From assembly GCA_002354035.1 (NCBI GenBank), contig DEKU01000020.1:51205-115204 (forward strand): a DNA stretch of 64,000 nt, given 5' to 3'. Shown here in pieces: positions 45,043 through 54,842 of this stretch (within the stretch, counting starts at the first letter, position 1; each line of letters begins with the position of its first letter). Made by a program: the position numbers and the translations under genes. The DNA comes from Bacteroidales bacterium UBA2714 (lineage in GTDB: Bacteria > Bacteroidota > Bacteroidia > Bacteroidales > P3). The notes below the pieces were generated by a model. It had not been told where the DNA came from and searched no databases. It saw only the letters and a list, made by a program, of their open reading frames with translations.

Positions 45043-46524
45043 TTATTCCTTGAATTTCTTGTCTAACTCTTCAATCCAGAAACGGAATTGCTTGTCGGTC
45101 GCGGCCAGGTTGGAAACCGTCTTGCAGGCGTGCAGAACGGTGGCGTGGTCCTTATTGCCGCACTGCAGGCCTATGATGGCCAGCGACGACTTGGTGAGCT
45201 TCTTGGCATAGTACATGGTCAGCTGGCGTGCCTGGACAATCTCGCGCTTGCGGGTGCGGGACTGGATGCTCTCGATGGGGATGTTGAAATAGTCGCACAC
45301 CACCTTCTGGATGTAGTCTATTGTCACCTCCCGATTGGTACTCTTCACAAACTTGTCCACCATCTGGCGGGCCAGGTCGATGGTGATGTCGCGGTGGTTC
45401 AGTGACGACTGTGCCATGAGCGATATCAGCGCTCCCTCCAGCTCGCGGACGTTCGTGTTGATATTGTAGGCGATGTACTCTATCACCTCATCGGGCATCT
45501 CCACACCGTCGTTGGCCAGTTTTTGGCGCAGGATGCTCATGCGGGTCTCCACGTCGGGCGGCAGCAGTTCGGCGGCCAGTCCCCATTTCAGGCGCGAAGT
45601 GAGGCGTGTCTCTAACCCTTGCAGCTCGCTCGGAGCCTTGTCGCTGGTGATGATAATCTGCTTGTTGGCCTGGTGCAGGGTATTGAAGATGTGGAAGAAG
45701 GCCTCCTGTGTGCGACCAGCCTTGTTGCTCCAGAACTGGATATCGTCCACTATCAGCACATCAATCATCTCGTAGAAGTGCACAAAGTCCGATGTGGTGC
45801 CGCTGCGGCCCGCATCCATATACTGCTGCATGAATTGCTCAGAGGTGACATATAGCACAGTCAGTTCGGGGTGCAGCTCCTTGGTCTTCAATCCTATTGC
45901 ATTGGCCAAATGGGTCTTGCCGAGCCCCACTCCCCCATGCAGCATCAAGGGGTTGAACGCTGTCTTGCCGGGCTTCTCGGCCACGGCATAGCCTGCCGCG
46001 CGGGCCAGACGGTTGCACTCGCCCTCTACATAATTGTGCAGTGTGTACGACGAACTCAGCTGCGAGTTGATGCGCACCTTCTGGATGCCCGGAATCACAA
46101 AAGGATTGGGTATCTCGCGCGTGTCGCCGCGCCTGATGTCCATAGGCACATCGCGTGGCTGGTTCACGGTCGACTGCTTCCCTGTCGAAGGCATGCGTGT
46201 GGTCAGCGGCTTGTCGGCTATGCTGGTGTCCATCACCACGCTGTACTGAAGGCATGCGTCGTTGCCCAGCGTCAGCTGTATGGCGCGTTTCAGCAGGTCG
46301 GCATAGTTCTGCTCCAACCATTCATAGAAGAACGGGCTGGGCACCTTTATTATTAAGGTGCTGCCATCAAGTTTCATCGGAACGATAGGCTCAAACCATG
46401 TGCTGAACACCTTCTCATTCTCTTTCCCGGTCAGGTTGTCCTTGATAAAACCAAGGCACTCTTCCCATACTTTTTGGTAGTCCTTCTCCATCCTCGTGCT
46501 GTTTGTTTCGTTATTGTTGTTCAT
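45043..46524 (-). CDS. dnaA: chromosomal replication initiator DnaA
   Basis: AAA+ Walker A HGGVGLGKTHLANAIG, box VII/sensor segments, and a C-terminal DNA-binding domain (ATVLHACKTV). The start is moved to MNNNNETNSTRMEKDYQKVWEECL; the upstream part of the track ORF is Arg-rich junk. Confidence 0.93.
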   Translation of the reverse strand: MNNNNETNSTRMEKDYQKVWEECLGFIKDNLTGKENEKVFSTWFEPIVPMKLDGSTLIIKVPSPFFYEWLEQNYADLLKRAIQLTLGNDACLQYSVVMDTSIADKPLTTRMPSTGKQSTVNQPRDVPMDIRRGDTREIPNPFVIPGIQKVRINSQLSSSYTLHNYVEGECNRLARAAGYAVAEKPGKTAFNPLMLHGGVGLGKTHLANAIGLKTKELHPELTVLYVTSEQFMQQYMDAGRSGTTSDFVHFYEMIDVLIVDDIQFWSNKAGRTQEAFFHIFNTLHQANKQIIITSDKAPSELQGLETRLTSRLKWGLAAELLPPDVETRMSILRQKLANDGVEMPDEVIEYIAYNINTNVRELEGALISLMAQSSLNHRDITIDLARQMVDKFVKSTNREVTIDYIQKVVCDYFNIPIESIQSRTRKREIVQARQLTMYYAKKLTKSSLAIIGLQCGNKDHATVLHACKTVSNLAATDKQFRFWIEELDKKFKE

Positions 46525-47348
46525 TTTGCTTCGTTTCTCTTTTTGTGGCCTGCGGCGGTCTGCGGCGCGGCCTTTACTGTTTTTCAAACACCGGCTTGTT
46601 GAAAAGCTCAGCCCCCTGCACTGTCTCTGTTCCACTTATGAAGCATCCCTCGGACGATGTTTACAATGCAAAAATGCAACAAAAATATCACCTGTCAAGG
46701 TGAAAAATAAATTTGCACATTTCGCGAAAAAAATGTAAAGCAACGGCACTCTCGGCACTCACTTGCCAACCTCCTACCCCTCAAAAAAACTGAAAAATAA
46801 TCTTTTTGCTTTCGAAGGCCCATTTTTCGGCCGTGTAAAATACGATTTTTTCCCCATTTTTCAAAAAATTTTTTCGACTTTTCATCCCTGGAACGCCATT
46901 TTGTTGATAAGCCAACCAACTTGTTGACCAATAGTCCAATATTATTTAATATCTATCCTAACGTGCCGATATTAAGCGGTTTGCGTACAATTATCTGATA
47001 ATCATTGCCCACTCTTCCACCCCTCTTTTTTTAACTCCCTAATCCTCAAAAGTATGTTTTTTTATTCACACATTCCAGTTCAAAAGTATATTTTTTTTCA
47101 CCCCCTCCCGGAGTTAGAAAAAATGCCTCTCCATCCCTCCCCCTCCCTTCGCCAGCACCGCCTCCGACGCCCTTTCCATCCTCCTGCGTCGCCCTGTTAT
47201 TCCCCCTCGGCACCACCTCCCCGCACAGCCCAAAATATTTTTTTCAAAGAAATAACTCATTATTATAAAAAAAAAGAGTACCTTTGCAAATCGAATCAAC
47301 AAGACAAAAAACACAGAAAACAATATAAAACTTTTAAATTCAAATCAA
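46525..47348. other. candidate oriC / dnaA-serC intergenic spacer
   Basis: An 824-nt non-coding gap next to dnaA with long A/T runs (46690..47100). One exact TTATNCACA DnaA box (TTATTCACA, 47062..47070) and a one-mismatch box on the other strand (TTATCAACA, rc of 46902..46910). The box density is low, so this is only a candidate. Confidence 0.35.
47279..47286 (+). promoter_or_regulatory. -7 box TACCTTTG upstream of serC
   Basis: Matches TAnnTTTG, about 63 nt upstream of the serC ATG. Confidence 0.4.
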
Positions 47349-48464
47349 ATGAAAACAGCTTATAATTTCAATGCAGGCCCTTGCGTCCTGCCCAAAGAGG
47401 CCATCGAGTCCACCATTGCCGCCATCCGCGACTTTGACAACACCGGTATCGGCCTCCTCGAAATCTCTCACCGCACCCCCGGTTGGGAGCGCACCATGGA
47501 AGAAACCCGCCAGCTCTGGCGCGACCTCCTCAACATCCCCGCTGAGTACGAAATCCTCTTCCTCGGTGGTGGTGCCAGCACCGGCTTCATGGATGTCCCC
47601 GCCAACCTGCTGAACAAAAAAGCCGCCTATCTCCAGACCGGCGTCTGGGCCAAGAAAGCCGCCAAAGAGGCCAAGAACTTCGGCGAGACCGTAATCGTCG
47701 CCTCCAGCGAGGACAAGACCTACAGCTACATCCCCAAGGGTTGGACCGTCCCTGCCGACGCCGACTACTTCCACATCACTACCAACAACACCATCTATGG
47801 TACCGAAATCCGCAAGGACTTCGCCCCTAACGAAATCAACAACGTGATGCTTGTCGCCGACATGAGTTCCGACATCATGAGCCGTCCCGTCGACGTGAAG
47901 AAATACGGCCTCATCTACGGTGGTGCCCAGAAGAACGTCGGCCCTGCCGGTGTCACCTTCTACATCGTCCGCAAAGACATCCTCGGCAAAATCACCGACC
48001 GCCAGTACATGAACCCCCTCCCCACCATGGTTGACTTCCGCACCCACGCTGCCGAAGAGGCCAAGAACATCTCCATGTTCAACACTCCTCCCGTGAGCGC
48101 CATCTTCGTCATGCACGAGACCTTGAAGTGGGTTAAGAACACCATCGGCGGCGTAGCCGAGATGGAAAAAATCAACCTCAAGAAGAGCGCCATGCTCTAC
48201 GAGGAAATCGACCGCAACAGCATGTTCCGCGGCACCGCCGAGAAGGAAGACCGCTCCATCATGAACCACTGCTGGGTCATGGCCGAGGGTCGCGAGAACC
48301 TCCAGGACGCCTTCATGGCCTTCGCCAAGGAGCGCGGCATGGTCGGCATCAAGGGCCACCGCAGCGTCGGCGGCTTCCGCGCCAGCCTCTACAACGCTTG
48401 CCCCGTCGAGGCCGTCGAGGCTCTCATCCAGTGCATGCAGGACTTTGAGAAAGCTAACAAATAA
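47349..48464 (+). CDS. serC: phosphoserine aminotransferase
   Basis: 371 aa. N-terminus YNFNAGPCVLPKEAIE and full-length SerC-like sequence with a PLP-lysine region (GAQKNVGPAG). Confidence 0.9.
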   Translation: MKTAYNFNAGPCVLPKEAIESTIAAIRDFDNTGIGLLEISHRTPGWERTMEETRQLWRDLLNIPAEYEILFLGGGASTGFMDVPANLLNKKAAYLQTGVWAKKAAKEAKNFGETVIVASSEDKTYSYIPKGWTVPADADYFHITTNNTIYGTEIRKDFAPNEINNVMLVADMSSDIMSRPVDVKKYGLIYGGAQKNVGPAGVTFYIVRKDILGKITDRQYMNPLPTMVDFRTHAAEEAKNISMFNTPPVSAIFVMHETLKWVKNTIGGVAEMEKINLKKSAMLYEEIDRNSMFRGTAEKEDRSIMNHCWVMAEGRENLQDAFMAFAKERGMVGIKGHRSVGGFRASLYNACPVEAVEALIQCMQDFEKANK

Positions 48465-48475
48465 AAATCATCAAC

Positions 48476-48504
48476 AGGAAATCCTATGCCTCATAGGATT
48501 TCCT
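48476..48504 (+). terminator. 13-bp hairpin between serC and serA (partial terminator/processing hairpin)
   Basis: AGGAAATCCTATG-cct-CATAGGATTTCCT, followed by only a weak T-run. Confidence 0.4.
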
Positions 48505-48530
48505 ACCTTTAATAATAGTAAAGCAATAAC

Positions 48531-49451
48531 ATGAAAGTATTAGTTGCTACCGAGAAACCCTTCGCCAAAGTCGCCGTCGACGGTATCCGCGAAGTGGTTG
48601 AGAAGAATGGCCACACCCTGGCCCTCCTCGAAAAATATACCGACGTGAACGACTTCTACAAAGCCGTCGAAGATGCCGACGCCCTCATCGTCCGCTCCGA
48701 CAAAGTCACCAAAGAGGTCATCGACCACGCCAAAAACCTCAAAATCGTGGTCCGCGCTGGCGCCGGCTACGACAACCTCGACCTCGAGGCCTGCACCGCC
48801 CGCGGCATCGTGGCTATGAACACCCCCGGTCAGAACAGCAACGCCGTGGCCGAACTCGTCATGGGCATGCTTGTCTACACCGTGCGTAATTTCTTCAACG
48901 GCAAATCCGGTTCCGAGCTCATGGGCAAAAAACTGGGTATCCTCGCCTTCGGCAACGTAGGCCGCAACGTGGCCCGCATAGCCAAGGGCTTCGGCATGGA
49001 CGTCTATGCCTACGACGCCTTCCTCACCGCTGACCAAATCAACGAGTCCGGCATGGCCAAGGCCGTCGCCAACCAGGATGCACTCTTCGAAACCTGCGAC
49101 GTGGTGTCCCTCCACATCCCCGCCACCGCCGAGACCAAGCAGAGCATCAACTACGCCCTCGTCAACAAGATGCACAAGGGCGGCATCCTCGTCAACAGCG
49201 CCCGTAAAGAGGTCATCAACGAGCCCGAACTGCTCAAACTCATGGCCGAGCGTACCGACCTCAAATACATCACCGACATCATGCCCGATGCCGACGCCGA
49301 ATTCAAGGCGTTCGAAGGCCGCTACTTCGCCACTCCCAAAAAGATGGGTGCCCAGACAGAAGAGGCCAACATCAATGCCGGCATAGCCGCCGCCAACCAG
49401 ATCAGCAACTTCTTCGCCACTGGTTGCACCAAATTCCAGGTGAACAAATAA
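48531..49451 (+). CDS. serA: D-3-phosphoglycerate dehydrogenase (short form)
   Basis: 306 aa. 2-hydroxyacid dehydrogenase fold (GKKLGILAFGNVGRNVARIA) located directly after serC. Confidence 0.8.
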   Translation: MKVLVATEKPFAKVAVDGIREVVEKNGHTLALLEKYTDVNDFYKAVEDADALIVRSDKVTKEVIDHAKNLKIVVRAGAGYDNLDLEACTARGIVAMNTPGQNSNAVAELVMGMLVYTVRNFFNGKSGSELMGKKLGILAFGNVGRNVARIAKGFGMDVYAYDAFLTADQINESGMAKAVANQDALFETCDVVSLHIPATAETKQSINYALVNKMHKGGILVNSARKEVINEPELLKLMAERTDLKYITDIMPDADAEFKAFEGRYFATPKKMGAQTEEANINAGIAAANQISNFFATGCTKFQVNK

Positions 49452-49531
49452 GCCTTTTTCCGGCTTGACAATACCAACGAGGGGAGGTGCAAACTTCCCC
49501 TCTTCCATTTCCCAAGCCAACCTCCCGACCT

Positions 49532-50458
49532 ATGCTCTGCCTCTTCAACCCCGAGCACGACCTCTGCCTTGCCAACGGCGGCCCCCATTATATGCCTCCG
49601 GCCTCGGCCCTCCGTTTCGCCCGCGAAGGAGCCTCCGTTATGCAAGTGCTCTACCCCGGCGCCCAAGCCCTCGCCCTGGCCCAGGCCGATTCAGCCTTCA
49701 TCGCCGTCTGGATTGCACAGCAACCCGAAGGCCACCTCCCCGCCATCGTGCCCTGGGGCTGGAACCTCACCCTCGCCACCTCGCTCCTCAAAGTCGGCAT
49801 CCCCGCCCAGTGGCTCCCCTCCGCCGCCACCCTTGCCCTTTGGCGCCAACTCCAACACCGCTCCACACTCCTCCCGCTTCAGCCCGAATCCCACGCCGTG
49901 CAGACACCCCGGCAGGTCGACGCCCTCTTGGCCTCCCACCCCCGCTTAGTGCTCAAAGCCCCATGGTCCGGATCGGGCCGGGGCCTCCGCTGGGTGGACC
50001 ACGCCCTCACCCCGCTCGACCAGCAATGGATGCAGAAAGTAGTGGCAGCCCAACAGTGCGTTATAGCCGAACCCCGCCGCCAAGTGGCAGCCGACTTCGC
50101 CCTCCTCTACCATATCCACCACGGGCAGCTGCACTTCGTGGGCTACTCCCTCTTCAACGCCCTCCACGGCGTCTACCGCTCCAACCTCCTGCTGCCCGAC
50201 AGCCAGATTGCCCTCCGCGTGGGCTACACGGAGGCCATGCGCTCGCACCTCGACCGTTGGCTCCTCGCCCACATAGCCCCACACTACGAAGGCCCCTTCG
50301 GCGTCGACCACATTCTCGACAGCGAAGGCCTCATCCACATCAGCGAGCTCAACCTCCGCCACACCATGGGTCTTGTGGCCCACCAATACCTCGCCGCCCA
50401 CCCCGAATCCAAGGGCCGCACCCTCACCCTCGTCGACGGCCGCTTAGTGGTCGCCTGA
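49532..50458 (+). CDS. hypothetical protein, ATP-grasp-like C-terminal half suspected
   Basis: Start moved to MLCLFNPEHDLCLANG. Motifs LVLKAPWSGSGRGLRWV and ELNLRHTMG are reminiscent of ATP-grasp folds. The competing frame 49465..50562 is Pro/Arg-rich. Confidence 0.45.
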   Translation: MLCLFNPEHDLCLANGGPHYMPPASALRFAREGASVMQVLYPGAQALALAQADSAFIAVWIAQQPEGHLPAIVPWGWNLTLATSLLKVGIPAQWLPSAATLALWRQLQHRSTLLPLQPESHAVQTPRQVDALLASHPRLVLKAPWSGSGRGLRWVDHALTPLDQQWMQKVVAAQQCVIAEPRRQVAADFALLYHIHHGQLHFVGYSLFNALHGVYRSNLLLPDSQIALRVGYTEAMRSHLDRWLLAHIAPHYEGPFGVDHILDSEGLIHISELNLRHTMGLVAHQYLAAHPESKGRTLTLVDGRLVVA

Positions 50459-50799
50459 CCCCTCCGTCCCTCCACCCCCATCCATACGAGAGCCCCAAAT
50501 TTACCCGTCTTACTGCGTATGGGCAACTGCGTTGTTCGGTAATAGCCATTGCGCATGAGTGAAAATCCTCCTTCGCTCTGGCTCCGCTCCAGGTTCGCTC
50601 CATGTCCGCTTTTTTGTTTCTTTTTTCCCTCTATTTATTGTCTGTTTATTATCTGTCCAAAGGGAAAACGAGCCAAGATGTATCGTGCAAGGAGGGTTGT
50701 TGTGGCGGACAACGGGCGTGGGGGCTGCGGGCATGGGGCGGAGGCCGGGCGACAGCTGGGGGGCGGAAAAGTTTTTTGCGGTATGTGGAAAAAAAAGTG

Positions 50800-50807
50800 T
50801 AATTTTG
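50800..50807 (+). promoter_or_regulatory. -7 box TAATTTTG driving the riboswitch-TerC transcript
   Basis: Matches TAnnTTTG, about 10 nt upstream of the predicted riboswitch P1 helix. Confidence 0.5.
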
Positions 50808-50817
50808 CACTCGGTTT

Positions 50818-50912
50818 TATGAGGGAGTAATCGGCGGCAAAGGCCGTGGGCAGCGTCAACAAATCACTGGCTTCTTGAAGCTTGGCGTTGTCCGCAATCG
50901 ATGAGACTCATA
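50818..50912 (+). promoter_or_regulatory. yybP-ykoY (Mn2+) riboswitch aptamer
   Basis: P1 UAUGAG/CUCAUA encloses the conserved GGAGUA (5' side) and GAGA(C) (3' side). Internal GCGUCAAC...GUUGUCCGC pairing mirrors the GUCAA...UUGACA signature. Inner hairpins have AAAG and CUUG loops. It sits upstream of a TerC-family gene, the classic context for this riboswitch. Confidence 0.7.
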
Positions 50913-50945
50913 GGTGCGTGTGGTCGCGTCTATGGTCTTTTTTTT
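50905..50945 (+). terminator. intrinsic terminator (riboswitch expression platform)
   Basis: GAC(U)CAUAGGUGCG-UGUGGU-CGCGUCUAUGGUC followed by U8. Its 5' arm re-uses the 3' strand of P1 (CUCAUA), so the aptamer and terminator are mutually exclusive. Confidence 0.7.
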
Positions 50946-51009
50946 GTGCTTGCCGCTGGCTTCCCGGAGCCGAACGGTTTATTTTTGAGTATTGAATATT
51001 ATAAATGTT

Positions 51010-52065
51010 ATGACAACACGTTATTTGTTTTTCGGGGCCTTCATGGTGTTTATCATCTTTATGCTGGCCATGGATTTGGGCGTGTTCCACAAGAAGGACC
51101 ACGTGATTAAGATTAAGGAAGCAGCCATCTGGACGGGAATCTGGGTGACGCTGGCCATGCTTTTTGGCCTGTTGCTGAGGTTCAAGGCGGAGTGGGTGCA
51201 CGGCATCACGTGCATGGATGAGCTGCTGGAGTATGTGAAGGGGGGTGTGCTGGCTCAGCACATCGTGCCGGGCATGGATTTCGGCGAGGCGCTGGAGGTG
51301 TACCGCAAGGAGGTGTTCTCGCAGTATCTGGCCGGCTATTTCTTGGAGGAGACGCTGTCGATTGACAATATTTTTGTGATGATAATGATTTTCGTGAGTT
51401 TCGGTATTGACAAGCAGTATTATCACCGCATCCTGTTCTGGGGCATCCTGGGCGCCATTGTGATGCGTTTCCTGTTCATCTTCCTGTTGGGCGCGGTTAT
51501 CGAGAGGTTCAGCTGGGTGCTGGCCATCTTCGGCGTGATATTGATTTACAGTGGTATCAAGATGTTCCGCGACAAGGGCGACAAGAAGATCGACACGGCC
51601 AATCACCCGGTGGTGAAGGTGGCGAGCCGTTTCCTGCCACTGAGCCGCACTACGGACGGCCACAATTTCTTCACCAAGAAGGATGGCAAGTGGTTTATGA
51701 CTCCGTTGTTTTTGGTGTTGCTGGTGATTGAGTTTTCGGATGTGATTTTTGCGGTTGACAGCATCCCGGCTGTGTTTTCGGTGACGACGGACACGTATAT
51801 TGTTTATTTCTCGAATATTTTTGCCATCATGGGACTGCGGTCGCTGTTCTTCCTGCTGAGCAATGTGACGGATATGTTCTGGCTGCTGAAATACGGCCTG
51901 GGCGTGCTGCTCTGCTTCATCGGCGTGAAGATGATAGGGCACGAGTTCTTCGGTTGGGAGATTGGCACGTTGGTGTCGCTGGCAGTGATTCTGGGCATCC
52001 TTGTGGCTTCCATAGGATTTTCGCTGCTGTTCCCCAAGAAGAAACAGGTGGAGCCTGCTGCCTGA
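51010..52065 (+). CDS. TerC/Alx-family integral membrane protein (putative Mn2+/metal exporter)
   Basis: Motifs LSIDNIFV and EFSDVIFAVDSIPAVF. The start is taken at MTTRYLFFGAF (the track ORF starts 18 nt earlier). Confidence 0.85.
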   Translation: MTTRYLFFGAFMVFIIFMLAMDLGVFHKKDHVIKIKEAAIWTGIWVTLAMLFGLLLRFKAEWVHGITCMDELLEYVKGGVLAQHIVPGMDFGEALEVYRKEVFSQYLAGYFLEETLSIDNIFVMIMIFVSFGIDKQYYHRILFWGILGAIVMRFLFIFLLGAVIERFSWVLAIFGVILIYSGIKMFRDKGDKKIDTANHPVVKVASRFLPLSRTTDGHNFFTKKDGKWFMTPLFLVLLVIEFSDVIFAVDSIPAVFSVTTDTYIVYFSNIFAIMGLRSLFFLLSNVTDMFWLLKYGLGVLLCFIGVKMIGHEFFGWEIGTLVSLAVILGILVASIGFSLLFPKKKQVEPAA

Positions 52066-52102
52066 ACGGCGAGGCGGAATAGTCCGTGATTGGACATAAA
52101 GA

Positions 52103-52139
52103 ATCGAGGTTAAAAGGCGACGAGCCTTTTAACCTCGAT
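52103..52139. terminator. 16-bp perfect hairpin between convergent TerC and patatin genes (bidirectional terminator)
   Basis: ATCGAGGTTAAAAGGC-gacga-GCCTTTTAACCTCGAT. Confidence 0.65.
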
Positions 52140-52167
52140 GCTTTATTGTAAGTAACCTGAGGTTTCC

Positions 52168-54825
52168 TTAGAAGTCGAAACCGGCGCTGAGGTAAACACC
52201 CCAGGGCGAGGGCTGGTTGTAGCGTGACCAGTGGACGTTGAACAAGATGGGACCGATGAGCGATTTGTGGCCGTATTGCAGTGCAAAGGCATAGTCGGTA
52301 AGGGTGTTCAAGCGATACGCGGATGATTCCTCAGCATCGATATCGCCGGCCAATGTGCTGAATCCGGCAACGGTGAAGGAGATGTAGTCTTTGGGGGCGA
52401 TTTGCCAGCGGAAATCGATATTGGCCACAACTTCGGCATGGGAGTAGGAGAAGAAGTGGGGCATAATGTAGCCGATGTATGGAAGTTGGTTTTCGTAGAA
52501 TCGTCCGGGAGTGATGCCACCGATATAGCTTTCCATCCATGAAGGGACTATGCCTTCGATGATTCTGCCTTCTAATAACTGGATGTTGGAGTGGAGCCAG
52601 AGCGAGGGCAGGATGGTGAAGGCTTTGGCAACAGGGATGGCGGCCTTGATATGGGCATTGATGTTGTTGGATCTATAGTAAATGTGCTCGATCGTATTAT
52701 ACCATGCGTCAGGGTAGCAGTAGTGGTAGATGTAATAGTCGTAACGGAAGCGGGCGTTGATGCCTTTGGTGGGGAAGTAGCTGTCGTCGGTATTGTCGTA
52801 GGTGGCTTCGAAGAAAGGGGCGACGACGAAGTGGTCCCAGTTGTTCACGGAGTCGGCACGCAGGCCGTTCCACGTTCTTCTGAGGGTGTCGGCGAAATAA
52901 TAGACGGTGTCTATGATGTAGGTACCGCCTTCTTGGATGGTGTCGTATCTCTGATGCCATATATAGACGGGTTCGAAAGCGGTTTTCCGCTCGAAGGGTG
53001 AAACATAGAATTTGACACCCAACCGTATGGCACCGTGGCGCCAGGAGTGGGTTAGACTGTAGAGGTCGACGGTGTTGTACCAAGATGTCAGCGTGTTGAA
53101 CCCTTCGGCGAGATTGGTCTGGGCCGAGTACTGCTCGATGGTCTGGTAGCGGGTGTGGATGTTGAGGCCCAACGAAGGACCGTTGAGGAAAGCGTATAAG
53201 AAGTTGACGGTTGCGGATGGGTTGTTGCCGATGACGGCCGAGAAGTCGGCTTTGAAGCCGGAGAGTTTGCGCCTGTTGAGACCGATGTTGAAGGCGGCGG
53301 AGAGCATGGTTTTGGTGTCGAACCGCAGTCCGAAACCGAACTGATGGATGGGGCCGCGCTTGCAGTGGAAGGCAAGGGTGAAGGGCTCCTTGTCGCCGTA
53401 GAGGCTGTAGGACACTTGGTCGAAGAGACCTGAGCCGTACATGAGGGCAAGCTCTTCCTCGATGTCGTCGCTGCTGTAGGCATGGCCTTTTTGAATACTG
53501 CAGTTTTTCTCGAAGTAGGAGACGATGTCGGGTTTAATGCCTTCGTAGACGACGTTGCCGATAACCACTTTGCGGTTGTGGATATTGATGCCGGGGGTGT
53601 TGTTGAGCGGACGGGTTTGGGTGGCTCCGACCTTCTGCAGGATGGTCTCAAGCCCCTCGGCCTGGCTCTGTGCGGCGACATAGCCGCGGTGGAGGCATTC
53701 GGCGATGGAGGCGGAGTCGAAACTCATCATGTTCATGCCCGACATGTCGGGGTGGATGTAGACGTCGGCCAAGGGGAGGTTGTTGTCGAAGGCGTCTTTG
53801 CCCATCAGCGAGATGCACTGCATGAGGAGGTTGGCCATTCCGCTGATTTCGGAATAGGTGCGGGGCTGACTGAGGTCAACGCCGATGATGTAGTCGGCTC
53901 CCATGGCGCGTGCCATATCGGTGGGGAAGTTGTTGCGGGTGCCGCCGTCGATGTAGATGCGTCCATCCTGACGGACGGGCGTGAAGAAGAAGGGGATGGA
54001 CATGGTGGAGCGCATGGCATCGGCCAGGTGGCCGTGGGTCCAGTATTTGGCTTTCATCGTGACTAAGTCGGTGGCCACGCAGCAGTAGGGGATGGGCAGG
54101 TCGCAGAAGTCCATCGAGTCCTGGTAGCCCACCGTGAGGCTGTTGATGGTGTTGTTGACATTGTAGCCGTAGATGTAGCCGTCGGGGAGGTTGGAGATGA
54201 GGTTGGCGGTGTATGACTGTCCCATCTCGGAGGAGGTGAGGGGATTGGCGGTTTCGTTGGCTTTGCGGGTGATATAGTCTTCGCGTTGCCGGCGTTCCCA
54301 CTCTTCGCTCTCGTAGCGGAAGGGGGAGCGGATGAAGTAGGTCTCGTTGTATTTGCGTCGCATGTACGACATCTTGTTGACGGGCACCTGGTCGCTGAGC
54401 ATCACGCCCCAGTTGGTGGAGGTGAGGATGGTGTCGATGGCTTTGCTGGAGTAGCCCATGGCAACCAGGCCACCTACAAGACCGCCCATGCTGGTGCCGA
54501 GCACCATGTCGATGGGGATGCCCAACTCTTCGATATACTCGAGGGCACCCACATGGGCTGCCCCCTTGGCACCTCCGCCGGCCAGCACCAGGGCCACGGT
54601 GGGACGGTGGCGGCGGATGGAGTCCATGCGGAGGCGCATTTTGACAATGGCGACGGAGTCGGCGGATGGGTCGATGCTGGGTGTGGCAAGGTGGCGGACC
54701 AGCATGGAGGCTTCCTGCTTAATCTTGGAGAGGTTTTTGGACTGTTTGGCTGGCCGGCTCTGGGCCATGAGGCCGGAGGCACTCAGCACGAGGATGACCA
54801 GTATGGCGACGGCGTTTTTCATCAT
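52168..54825 (-). CDS. patatin-like phospholipase fused to an Omp85/BamA-type beta-barrel
   Basis: Start moved to MMKNAVAILVILVLSASGLMAQ. Patatin motifs LVLAGGGAKGAAHVG and GTSMGG, DGG later, and a C-terminal ~400 aa beta-barrel ending GVYLSAGFDF. Confidence 0.8.
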   Translation of the reverse strand: MMKNAVAILVILVLSASGLMAQSRPAKQSKNLSKIKQEASMLVRHLATPSIDPSADSVAIVKMRLRMDSIRRHRPTVALVLAGGGAKGAAHVGALEYIEELGIPIDMVLGTSMGGLVGGLVAMGYSSKAIDTILTSTNWGVMLSDQVPVNKMSYMRRKYNETYFIRSPFRYESEEWERRQREDYITRKANETANPLTSSEMGQSYTANLISNLPDGYIYGYNVNNTINSLTVGYQDSMDFCDLPIPYCCVATDLVTMKAKYWTHGHLADAMRSTMSIPFFFTPVRQDGRIYIDGGTRNNFPTDMARAMGADYIIGVDLSQPRTYSEISGMANLLMQCISLMGKDAFDNNLPLADVYIHPDMSGMNMMSFDSASIAECLHRGYVAAQSQAEGLETILQKVGATQTRPLNNTPGINIHNRKVVIGNVVYEGIKPDIVSYFEKNCSIQKGHAYSSDDIEEELALMYGSGLFDQVSYSLYGDKEPFTLAFHCKRGPIHQFGFGLRFDTKTMLSAAFNIGLNRRKLSGFKADFSAVIGNNPSATVNFLYAFLNGPSLGLNIHTRYQTIEQYSAQTNLAEGFNTLTSWYNTVDLYSLTHSWRHGAIRLGVKFYVSPFERKTAFEPVYIWHQRYDTIQEGGTYIIDTVYYFADTLRRTWNGLRADSVNNWDHFVVAPFFEATYDNTDDSYFPTKGINARFRYDYYIYHYCYPDAWYNTIEHIYYRSNNINAHIKAAIPVAKAFTILPSLWLHSNIQLLEGRIIEGIVPSWMESYIGGITPGRFYENQLPYIGYIMPHFFSYSHAEVVANIDFRWQIAPKDYISFTVAGFSTLAGDIDAEESSAYRLNTLTDYAFALQYGHKSLIGPILFNVHWSRYNQPSPWGVYLSAGFDF

Positions 54826-54842
54826 AATGGCGAGGGGTTTGA

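Noticed and set aside
47340-49520. Long minus-strand ORFs (47340..48359 and 48540..49520) opposite serC and serA.
   Set aside because: They are Gly/Val/Asp/Glu/His-rich antisense artefacts. serC and serA are unambiguous on the plus strand.
49465-50562. 365-aa plus-strand ORF in an alternative frame to 49532..50458.
   Set aside because: The translation is extremely Pro/Arg/Ser-rich (PRPPP.. runs). The other frame gives a normal globular composition.
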